Assembly: GCA_040756235.1 (NCBI GenBank)
Contig: JBFLZG010000006.1
Coordinates: 1 to 64,000, forward strand
Origin: a bacterium
GTDB lineage: Bacteria > Desulfobacterota > DSWW01
Direction: 5' to 3'
Length of the DNA: 64,000 bases
Shown: in pieces, positions 1 through 7,600 of the stretch
How the letters are laid out: every line of letters begins with the position of its first letter
Numbering within the stretch: the first letter of the stretch is position 1
Notes under the pieces: generated by a model
What the model was told of the DNA's origin: nothing
Seen by the model: the letters and a program-made list of their open reading frames with translations, nothing else
Database searches by the model: none
Program-made: the position numbers and the translations under genes

Positions 1-81
1 GGGAGAAGGTCAGGATGAGGGGTGAATCTGCTCGTGCTTCCCCCTCACCCTGGCCCTGTCCCCCGTTTGCGGGGGAGAGGG
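1..81. repeat. REP-like palindromic repeat pair (CCCTCACCC..CCCTNTCCC..GGGAGAGGG type)
   Basis: gggagaaggtcaggatgagggg ... cccctcaccctggccctgtcccc..gggggagaggg; same family recurs at 7336-7440. Confidence 0.65.
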
Positions 82-130
82 CACTTCATCTTCGACTGCG
101 GAGGATCGCCGCGCTCGCGCTTTCTATGCC

Positions 131-198
131 GTAGGGGCGTATGGCCATACGCCCCTGCAAACTGCGCCTTCGCGGGACGTTGCAGGGGCGACGCATGC
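131..198. repeat. GTAG-type REP palindrome(s)
   Basis: GTAGGGGCGTATGG-CCATACGCCCC hairpin; related copies at 3705-3760, 28009-28113, 32556-32578, 57138-57163. Confidence 0.7.
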
Positions 199-208
199 CA
201 TTTCACGT

Positions 209-1756
209 CTATTCAGGTGGAGTCGGGGGCGAGGGTGTCGAGGGGTCTTCGGGCGGCATGGGGATGGCGGCGCCGGAGTACATGCAGGCCTGCCCGCGGC
301 CCTCGGCCTTGGCGCGGTAGAGGGCCTGGTCGACGCGCACGAACAGGTCGTCCAGGTTGGCCGCATCCTGCGGGAAAGTGGCCGTGCCGATGCTCACGGA
401 CAGCCTCGGGACATTGTTCCAGTGCATCCTGGAGAGCTGGTCGAGGATGCGGCGGCAGACGACCTGCGCCTGGGCCGCGTTGGTCTCCGGCAGGAGCACG
501 GCAAACTCGTCGCCGCCCACGCGCGCGGCGACATCCATGCGGCGGGTCGTCTTCACGAGCAGGGCCGCCAGGCGCTGCAGGATCTCGTTGCCGACCGGAT
601 GCCCGAGGGTATCGTTGACTTCCTTGAAATGGTCGATGTCCAGCATGAGGATCGAAAAGGAATAGCCCTTCCGGCTGGACCTCGAGAGCTCGACCTCGAC
701 GCGCTCCCGGAAATGCAGGAAGTTCACCAGGCCGGTGAGCCCGTCGCTCCTGGCTTGTGACTCAAGCTCCCGGAGCAGGTGGGCGTACTGGATGGCCAGG
801 GCGGACTGGTCGGCGATGAACTGGAACTTCTTCAGCTCGTGCTCGTTCCAGGGCACGCGTTCCTTCCGATAGAGAGCGAGGAGCTGCGCAGGCCTCCCTC
901 GAGACTTGAACGACTTCGCCATGTATACCTGGTAGGGGAAGAAGGAGAAGTCGTCCGTCTTGCGGAAGCTTGCGTCCTGCCGGAAATCCATGGTCGCGCA
1001 GATCCCTTCGGACTCGAGCGACTTGCGGTGGATGCTGCGGCCGCTGGACGTCTGTGGAATCTCCAGGCCGCTGCCCCCGTCGAAGATCCTCCGCACGAGC
1101 TGCCCATCCTCGACAATGACGAACTCGCAGGCATCGGCGCCCATGATGCTCCTGATGAGGCGCGGGATCCGCCGGTAGAGGATTTCCGGATCGCTGCTTC
1201 TGGCCAGCGCATCGCCCAGCTCGAACAGCTCCAGGGTGAAGGCCGACTCCACGAGCATGCGCTCCTTCTCGCGTTTGTGCAGATAGACCAGGTGGCTGAA
1301 AAACAGCCCCACGATGAAGAGGAACGGCACGCGCAGCAGGAATCCGCTCGTCATGGAGAAGTCCTGGGAGCGGTAGACCATCCAGGCGTAGACCAGGCAG
1401 ACACTGAAGACGCCGAACATCAGCGCTTTCAGGTTCTCGCCGGAAGCGGCCAGGATCAGGACGAGGAAGAAGAACAGGTAGAATTCCGAAGTGGCAGTCC
1501 GGGTGAAATAGATCGTCGCGGACAGGAACAGGATGTCGGACAGGACCAGCACGTAATCGAGGCCCGGCTTGTAGAAGTATTCGGGTTTCACCAAGAAAAG
1601 GAGCAGGTTGATTACGATGAAGCCGACGATGATGCCGTCGGCGGTACCGAACATCGGATCCGGATCGCTGAAATACAGAAGGTAGCCGACCGCAACCGCG
1701 AGCAGCCACTGCAGCCACAGGATGTGCTTCCGCTTGTCGAGCAGGAAGTAGGGCAT
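209..1756 (-). CDS. Membrane-anchored GAF-GGDEF diguanylate cyclase
   Basis: Several N-terminal TM helices, GAF-like middle region, DGLTGL, DIDHFK, RxxD I-site (RRMD) and intact GGDEF. Confidence 0.9.
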   Translation of the reverse strand: MPYFLLDKRKHILWLQWLLAVAVGYLLYFSDPDPMFGTADGIIVGFIVINLLLFLVKPEYFYKPGLDYVLVLSDILFLSATIYFTRTATSEFYLFFFLVLILAASGENLKALMFGVFSVCLVYAWMVYRSQDFSMTSGFLLRVPFLFIVGLFFSHLVYLHKREKERMLVESAFTLELFELGDALARSSDPEILYRRIPRLIRSIMGADACEFVIVEDGQLVRRIFDGGSGLEIPQTSSGRSIHRKSLESEGICATMDFRQDASFRKTDDFSFFPYQVYMAKSFKSRGRPAQLLALYRKERVPWNEHELKKFQFIADQSALAIQYAHLLRELESQARSDGLTGLVNFLHFRERVEVELSRSSRKGYSFSILMLDIDHFKEVNDTLGHPVGNEILQRLAALLVKTTRRMDVAARVGGDEFAVLLPETNAAQAQVVCRRILDQLSRMHWNNVPRLSVSIGTATFPQDAANLDDLFVRVDQALYRAKAEGRGQACMYSGAAIPMPPEDPSTPSPPTPPE

Positions 1757-1868
1757 GAAGGCGAATCTCTCTTCGGGCTACCAAGTCAAACGGATTTTGA
1801 ATCATCTTTCGCCCGATTCGAGGCAAAACTTTAACCTTTCCGGTGCGGCGCCGCACCTTGCCGCCTGC

Positions 1869-3236
1869 TCACCTGCCGTGCCCCACCCTGCGGAGGTAGC
1901 GGTGCATGTCGAACTTGCGCTCCAATCCGCGCGCGTTCATGGCGCGCACCTGCCCGAAGACCGGCCGCTCCTTCCAGGGGCGGTCGTGCAAGCCGAAGCA
2001 CCAGGCCACTCCTGCGAATCCGTTCGGGTCCCGGCCGTCCAGCTCGTACCGGTTGTTCATGGCCAGCGCGATCCGGAACGCCTCCTCCGGGGTCTCGGTC
2101 CACTCCAGGATCTTCTTGGCCCAGTACATGCGCATGTAGCCGTGCATCTTGCCCGTGCCGACCATCTCGCGCTGGGCCGCATTCCAGTAGGGGTCATCGG
2201 TTTCGGCGCGTTCCAGCCGGTCCTCCGGATAGAGGGCGGGCCGGCGGTCCTGGCGATGCCGGTCAAGGGTCCTTCGAGCCCACGCGGGCAGGCAGGCGAA
2301 GGCGTCGTAGCGCGGATTGTAAGAGACGAAGTTCATGCTGAGCTCGCGCCGCACGATGAGCTGCTCGAGGAACGCTTCCGTGTTCTGCCTGCGGATGCCT
2401 CTCTCGCCGACGACCTCGAGGGCCACATGGACCGGAGAAATCTGCCCGAAGTGCAGGTAAGGGCTCAGGTGGGACGTGCACTCCAGCCCCGGGTCCCTGG
2501 CCTCCTCGGCGTAACTCGAGAGCTCCCCCCGGAGAAAGCTCCCGAGCAGCCGCATCGCTGTCGAGGTGCCTCCGCGAAAGACCGGGGATGGGGCGACCGT
2601 CCGGTCGATGTCCAAGCCCGCGAGGGCCGCATCGAGATCGTCGAGGTCGAGCCCCTGGTGACGGACACGGCGCATCCCCAGGGAATCCTTGCGGACCGTC
2701 CTTTCCGCGAGCCGCGTGAGAAACCGCTCCAAATGGCGGTGGAGGCGCGGCCGCAGGGTGCGGGCCCCGATCTCCTCCTTCGCGGAGGCGGCCTCCACCG
2801 GAACGACCACGTCGCCTTCGACCTGGACGAGACGGCACGGGGCCTGCTCGGCCGCGAGCCGGCGCCACTCCCTTTGTATCCGCAGATAGCCTCGATCGGT
2901 CACGACGAGGGAAGCCTCCGGCGCCAGATCCAGGGCCGCCGCGAACGGCTCCCGGGCAAGGACCACGAGCCGGATGCCGCGCTCTTCGAGGCGCGCTGCG
3001 GTCTCCCGGAGCCCCTCGAGCATGAAGGTGTAGTGCCTGAGGTTGGCTTCCGGAAACCGGCTCGTAAGGCCGAAGACCGCCACGACCGGCTGGCGCAGCC
3101 CGTTCGCCTGCTCGACCGCGTACTCCAGGGCAGGGTTGAAATGGGCGCGCTGGGACTGCTGCATCCAGTAGAGCACGTAGCGGCCACGCCGCAGCGGAGC
3201 CGCGTTCAGGACCTGGATCCGTTCCTCCTGGATCAT
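1869..3236 (-). CDS. phr: Class II CPD deoxyribodipyrimidine photolyase
   Basis: YVLYWMQ..QR, SHLSPYLHFGQIS, WNAAQ, GKMHGYMRMYWAKKILEW, LDGRDPNG motifs. Confidence 0.92.
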   Translation of the reverse strand: MIQEERIQVLNAAPLRRGRYVLYWMQQSQRAHFNPALEYAVEQANGLRQPVVAVFGLTSRFPEANLRHYTFMLEGLRETAARLEERGIRLVVLAREPFAAALDLAPEASLVVTDRGYLRIQREWRRLAAEQAPCRLVQVEGDVVVPVEAASAKEEIGARTLRPRLHRHLERFLTRLAERTVRKDSLGMRRVRHQGLDLDDLDAALAGLDIDRTVAPSPVFRGGTSTAMRLLGSFLRGELSSYAEEARDPGLECTSHLSPYLHFGQISPVHVALEVVGERGIRRQNTEAFLEQLIVRRELSMNFVSYNPRYDAFACLPAWARRTLDRHRQDRRPALYPEDRLERAETDDPYWNAAQREMVGTGKMHGYMRMYWAKKILEWTETPEEAFRIALAMNNRYELDGRDPNGFAGVAWCFGLHDRPWKERPVFGQVRAMNARGLERKFDMHRYLRRVGHGR

Positions 3237-3377
3237 GGCTGCCTCCGCGGCGCGCGGCCGCCGTCAGATCTCCGGCGCCGGCTGCGATGCCCGTTTCGGT
3301 GATATAATAATATACGCAGGCGGGGGCATGAAGCAGGGACGGAGCCTCAACCATCCATGGAGCGAAAGGAGGGGCTC

Positions 3378-3581
3378 ATGAACCTCGAAATGTCCAAAAG
3401 CGATCTGGCCTTGCTGAAGATGCTGCTCACCAAGGTCGAGTACGAGACCAGGGTCGAGATCCACCACTCCAAGACGTTCGAATATAAGGACTATCTCAAG
3501 CAGCGGGAGAAGCAGATCCAGGATCTATTGGAGCGGCTCGACAGACTGATGCCCGAGGGAGGCCCGGAGCGCAACGCGTGA
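3378..3581 (+). CDS. Small helical hypothetical protein
   Basis: AAGGAGG RBS before ATG 3378, AT-rich TATAAT upstream at 3303, natural amino-acid composition (EIHHS..FEYKDYLKQRE). Confidence 0.75.
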   Translation: MNLEMSKSDLALLKMLLTKVEYETRVEIHHSKTFEYKDYLKQREKQIQDLLERLDRLMPEGGPERNA

Positions 3582-3704
3582 AGAGCCGGCGGCGAGGGTC
3601 CCTGGGCCCGGTGACTGCAGATGCCTGCCGCACAGACAGCCGTCCTTCCCGCGCACCCCGGATCAAAGTCCGGGGCAGGCCGGCCCCGGGAAGCGCACAA
3701 TCTT

Positions 3705-3787
3705 GTAGGGGCAGGGCTCGCCCTGCCCGAACCTGCGGGCGCAGCAAGCAGCGCCCCTACATGGGATCGCAGGGCTTGCCCTGCCCG
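3705..3787. repeat. GTAG-type REP doublet
   Basis: GTAGGGGCAGGGCTCGCCCTGCCC ... GCGCCCCTAC between convergent genes. Confidence 0.7.
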
Positions 3788-3848
3788 GGAAGTTCGACCC
3801 ATGCGGCTCGCGGCCGCTCCGCGGCCTTGGCCGGGGATGACGGCGGGA

Positions 3849-4373
3849 TCAACCGCCGTCCAGGACGTGGTGCTCCTTCTTGCGGTACCACGATTCCGGG
3901 TCGGTGAGGAGCTCCTCGGCGTCCTTGAGGGAGAGGAAGTGCTCGTTTTCGATCTGGGCCATGAGAGAGAAGAACTGCCTTTCCCGCGGGTCCGCGACCG
4001 CGTCCCGCAGCTTGGCATAGTTCCTGGCCCCCTCTTCCTCGAAACGGATGGCGGTGCGGATCGCCTCCAGATCATCGGCATCCGCCTGACGCTGTTGCTT
4101 GAGACTTCGTGCCGCTTCGGCAATCACGTCCTTGACGACGGTCCCCTTCACCTGGAGGGGCACGGTCTCGGGCCACTTCTCCTGTTTTTCCCACTTCTTG
4201 TGGAGCTCCTGCAGCCTCTGGTAGTGCTCGAGCTCTTCGTCCGCGATCTGCCGGAACATCGCCTGGCCGACCGGATTCGTCGTCCTGGCGGCATGGTTGA
4301 GGTAGAAGGCCCTCTCCCGCATTTCCGTGTTCAAGGCCACCTGCAAGGCGTTGAGCCGTTCCTTTGTGTCCAC
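3849..4373 (-). CDS. Ferritin-like / rubrerythrin-family diiron protein
   Basis: Duplicated A...E...FY / ExxH pattern (EELEH, ENEH); GAGGAGG RBS before GTG. Confidence 0.85.
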   Translation of the reverse strand: MDTKERLNALQVALNTEMRERAFYLNHAARTTNPVGQAMFRQIADEELEHYQRLQELHKKWEKQEKWPETVPLQVKGTVVKDVIAEAARSLKQQRQADADDLEAIRTAIRFEEEGARNYAKLRDAVADPRERQFFSLMAQIENEHFLSLKDAEELLTDPESWYRKKEHHVLDGG

Positions 4374-4590
4374 CGTCGTGCCTCCTCATCCGCGTCTCGG
4401 GCAAGCCAAGGTTCAAAAGAGGACCGCGTCACCTGAGGAAAACGCTAAGAGAACCTCGGGCCGATGTCAAGGATCCGGGGCCGGGCCTGCCCTTGGCGTG
4501 CGGCGGACGCGAGCCTGCCTGTCCCGGCTGGCAGGTGTGGGAGGGAAAGACCGGCGCTGCGCGACACGGCAGAGCGGGGAACAAATTTGA

Positions 4591-4620
4591 TTGACAACCC
4601 CGGACGGGCTCCGGTACCTT
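4591..4620 (+). promoter_or_regulatory. Putative sigma70 promoter of the metF-hdr cluster
   Basis: TTGACA-N18-TACCTT, about 320 bp upstream of ATG 4943. Confidence 0.5.
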
Positions 4621-4942
4621 TGGGCAGTGGTCGTGATGTTCATTCTCTTCGGCTCCAACGGATCCATCGGGAGCAGACGAGACGAGAGATCGCAGCAGCA
4701 ACGAGTGAGAAGTGGTTTCGGTGAACACGAGACGTTCGGATTGTTCTCTTCCTCGCGACCTGCACGCTGACCATCCGAAATCCTTCTTCCTTGGAGCCAT
4801 CGCTTCTCTTTCCGTATTTCTCGCGTTTCCTGTTTGCAGCCGGACCTTGCCCCATTTTATCTGTGTGCACTGACGAGCGTATTCCTTGATTAGGGATGGC
4901 GTCCCGGCAGAGGTGTGTTCTGTCCGCGCGTCAGGAGGAAGA

Positions 4943-5815
4943 ATGAGATTCGCCGACGTCATGAATCACAAGGACTTCGCCCTGGTCATCCAGATCGATC
5001 CGCCCAAAGGCACCGCAACCGGGGCCCTGCTCGACGCGGCCCTTTCCTTCCGGGGGCGCGTGGATGCCGTGGCGTTCACCGACAACCCGATGGCGACCAT
5101 GAAGATGCATCCGCTGGCTCCGTGCCACCTCCTCCGGCAGAAGAACGTGGAGACCATACTGACCGTCAACTCCAGGGACAGGAACCGGCTGTCTCTCCAA
5201 TCCGAGCTGCTGGCGGCCTGGGCCCTGGACATCCGGTCGGTCTTGTTCCGGGAAGGGGAAGACCCGACCTACGGGGACCATCCGCTGACCGCACCTTGCA
5301 GCGACCTCACCCTGGAGGGAATGCTGGACGCCGTTGCCGCTTTCCGCAAGGGCACGGACCTGTCGGGCCAGCCGGTCGAGGGAGCTCCGTCCTTCCACGC
5401 GGGCGTGTATGCCCCTCTGACGGACGATCCCGATGCGAACCGGGCCAGAGCCGCAGGCCTGGCGAGGTGGGCCGAGCTGGGCGCCCGCTTCGTGGTCCTC
5501 GGATCCACCTACGATGTCGATACGATCCACGCCTTCTCGCAGGCGGCCTCCCGCGCCGGGATCAAGCTGATCGCCTCGGTCCTGATCCTGAAATCCGTGG
5601 GCATGGCCAAGTACCTGAACTCGGTTCCGGGCGTCCCGGACATCCCGGACGAGATCATCCAGCGGATCGCGCAAGCCCCGATCAAGCCCAGGGCCGGCCT
5701 CGAGATCGCGGCCGACTTCATCCGGCACATCGGGAAAGTGTGTGACGGCGCCTTCGTCATCCCACTGGGCTGGGAGGCCAGGGTGCCGGAGCTCCTGGAC
5801 CTCATGAACGGCTGA
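4943..5815 (+). CDS. Divergent methylenetetrahydrofolate reductase (MetF)-like protein
   Basis: DPPKG, TDNP, RDRNRLSLQS, GDHP motifs; AGGAGG RBS; catalytic E/D/Q positions substituted relative to the 12734 copy. Confidence 0.8.
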   Translation: MRFADVMNHKDFALVIQIDPPKGTATGALLDAALSFRGRVDAVAFTDNPMATMKMHPLAPCHLLRQKNVETILTVNSRDRNRLSLQSELLAAWALDIRSVLFREGEDPTYGDHPLTAPCSDLTLEGMLDAVAAFRKGTDLSGQPVEGAPSFHAGVYAPLTDDPDANRARAAGLARWAELGARFVVLGSTYDVDTIHAFSQAASRAGIKLIASVLILKSVGMAKYLNSVPGVPDIPDEIIQRIAQAPIKPRAGLEIAADFIRHIGKVCDGAFVIPLGWEARVPELLDLMNG

Positions 5816-5829
5816 CGGAGAGTCCTTCG

Positions 5830-6393
5830 ATGGAAGAGAGAGAGGCGCCTGTCACCCCCCTTCGGAGCGGTCTCATCGACGAGCTGCGTGAGGCGGGAGC
5901 GGACGCGGCCGCGTGCTTCCAGTGCGGCCGCTGTTCGGCCGGCTGCCCTCTGGCGGAGTTCTTCGATTTCAAGCCCATGCAGGTCGTCCGCATGTGCGCC
6001 TACGGGCTCGAGGACGCGCTCCTGGAGTCCCGCACGATCTGGATCTGCGCCTCCTGCGAGACCTGCACCACCCGGTGCCCCAACGGGATCGACATCGCGC
6101 GTCTGATGGACGTGCTCCGCAGCCGCGCGCTGGTGGCGCAGAAGACCCGGTCGGAGCCGAAGGTCGCGGCCTTTCACAAGGCGTTTCTCGACTCGATCCG
6201 CGCGCACGGCCGCATCCACGAGCTGGGGATGATCGCCGGCTACAAGCTTCGTACCCGGGATCTCTTCTCGGACGCCGGGCTCGGCCTGCAGATGCTTCGG
6301 CGCGGCAAGCTCACGCTCGTGCCGGCGCGGATCCGGGGGAGGGACGAGGTGAAGCAAATCTTCAGAACGTCCAAGGTGAAAGGCGAGAGGTAA
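5830..6393 (+). CDS. hdrC: Heterodisulfide reductase subunit C
   Basis: CFQCGRCSAGCP and WICASCETCTTRCP 4Fe-4S motifs; HGRIHE. Confidence 0.9.
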   Translation: MEEREAPVTPLRSGLIDELREAGADAAACFQCGRCSAGCPLAEFFDFKPMQVVRMCAYGLEDALLESRTIWICASCETCTTRCPNGIDIARLMDVLRSRALVAQKTRSEPKVAAFHKAFLDSIRAHGRIHELGMIAGYKLRTRDLFSDAGLGLQMLRRGKLTLVPARIRGRDEVKQIFRTSKVKGER

Positions 6394-6396
6394 CAG

Positions 6397-7320
6397 GTGA
6401 AGGGGAAAAGGGGAGAGGACGAGGGCAAGAAGACCGGCGACAACGGAAAGGGCCAGGAGGCGGCCCCGCCGGTCGAGATGGCCTACTATCCCGGCTGCTC
6501 CCTGCACGGGAGCGCCAGGGAGTACGACGAATCGGTACGCGAAGTAGCCCGCCTGCTGGATGTGCGCCTCGTGGAGCTTCCTGACTGGAGCTGCTGCGGA
6601 GCCTCCTCGGCTCATATGACCGACCACGGGCTGGCCGTGGACCTGGCTGCGCGCAACCTGAGGATCGCGGCGCGGGAGAAAAAGGACTTGCTGGTGCCCT
6701 GCGCCGCCTGTTTCCAGCGCCTCAAGGCGGCTCAGAAGGCGGCCCGGGAGGAGCCGGAGCCGGACCGTGCCGGAGAGGGCCTCGACCGGCTGCCCGTCCT
6801 CCACGTCAGCGACTGGCTCGGGAAGCCCGAGGCCCTGGCCAGGATCCGAGGCGCCGTGAAGAACCCGCTCAAAGGCTTGAGGCTCGTTCCTTACTACGGC
6901 TGCCTGATCACACGCCCCCCTGCGGTGACCGGTGCGAGCGACCCCGAGGACCCAAAAGGCATGGACCTCCTGATACGGGTTCTCGGCGGCGCGCTGGAAA
7001 GGTGGTCCTTCAAGACCGAGTGCTGCGGCGGGAGCCTGACCATGGCCCGGGCCGACCTGACGCGCGTCCTGGTATCCAGGATCGTCCGAGCCGCAGTCCG
7101 GGCAGGCGCGCAGGGAATCCTGACCATGTGCCCCATGTGCCAGGCCAACCTCGAATCCCGCCAGCTCGACCTGAAGCGGCAGGACCCCGGGCATCCGCTG
7201 CTGCCGATCTTCTTCGCCACGGAGCTGGTTGCGGCGTGCACTTCCGAGGGCCGGCGCCCCGGGCGCTGGAAGCCGCACCTGATCGACCCGGGAGAGGTCC
7301 TGAGCCCGCTGGGGATCTGA
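6397..7320 (+). CDS. hdrB: Heterodisulfide reductase subunit B (start uncertain, may be ATG 6478)
   Basis: YYPGCSL, WSCCG, CAAC, YYGCL, CCGG, CPMCQANL (two CCG domains). Confidence 0.9.
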   Translation: MKGKRGEDEGKKTGDNGKGQEAAPPVEMAYYPGCSLHGSAREYDESVREVARLLDVRLVELPDWSCCGASSAHMTDHGLAVDLAARNLRIAAREKKDLLVPCAACFQRLKAAQKAAREEPEPDRAGEGLDRLPVLHVSDWLGKPEALARIRGAVKNPLKGLRLVPYYGCLITRPPAVTGASDPEDPKGMDLLIRVLGGALERWSFKTECCGGSLTMARADLTRVLVSRIVRAAVRAGAQGILTMCPMCQANLESRQLDLKRQDPGHPLLPIFFATELVAACTSEGRRPGRWKPHLIDPGEVLSPLGI

Positions 7321-7335
7321 TGCGAAAAATGGATT

Positions 7336-7440
7336 CCCTCTCCCCCGTGCGCGGGGGAGAGGTCCAGGGTGAGGGGGAAACTGGAGCAGTTACACCCCTC
7401 ATCCCGACCTTCTCCCCTCGGCGAGGGGAGAAGGTGAGAA
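7336..7440. repeat. REP-like palindromic pair between hdrB and hdrA
   Basis: ccctctcccc..gggggagagg..ggtgagggg / cccctcatcccgaccttctcccc..ggggagaagg, same family as 1-81. Confidence 0.7.
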
Positions 7441-7600
7441 AGCCGACGGCCTCGCTCAGGACCCTCGCCCCCGTAGGGGGCCGCAGGGGGCGAGGGCCAG
7501 GGTGTGGGGGCTCGAGCCACGTGCCGAGAGTATTCATGGGTGTGTCTGGCCAGAGCCGGTCCGACAGAGTGCGAGCGCCCGTTACGGAGTGGTCCGAAAT

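Noticed and set aside
4662..4705. SAM-I riboswitch resemblance (ATCGGGAG..GCAGCAAC) upstream of the metF-like gene
   Set aside because: Lacks the kink-turn and pseudoknot elements (GAGGGA..TGGCCC..TGA) and the GGTGC segment; kept only as an unclassified leader
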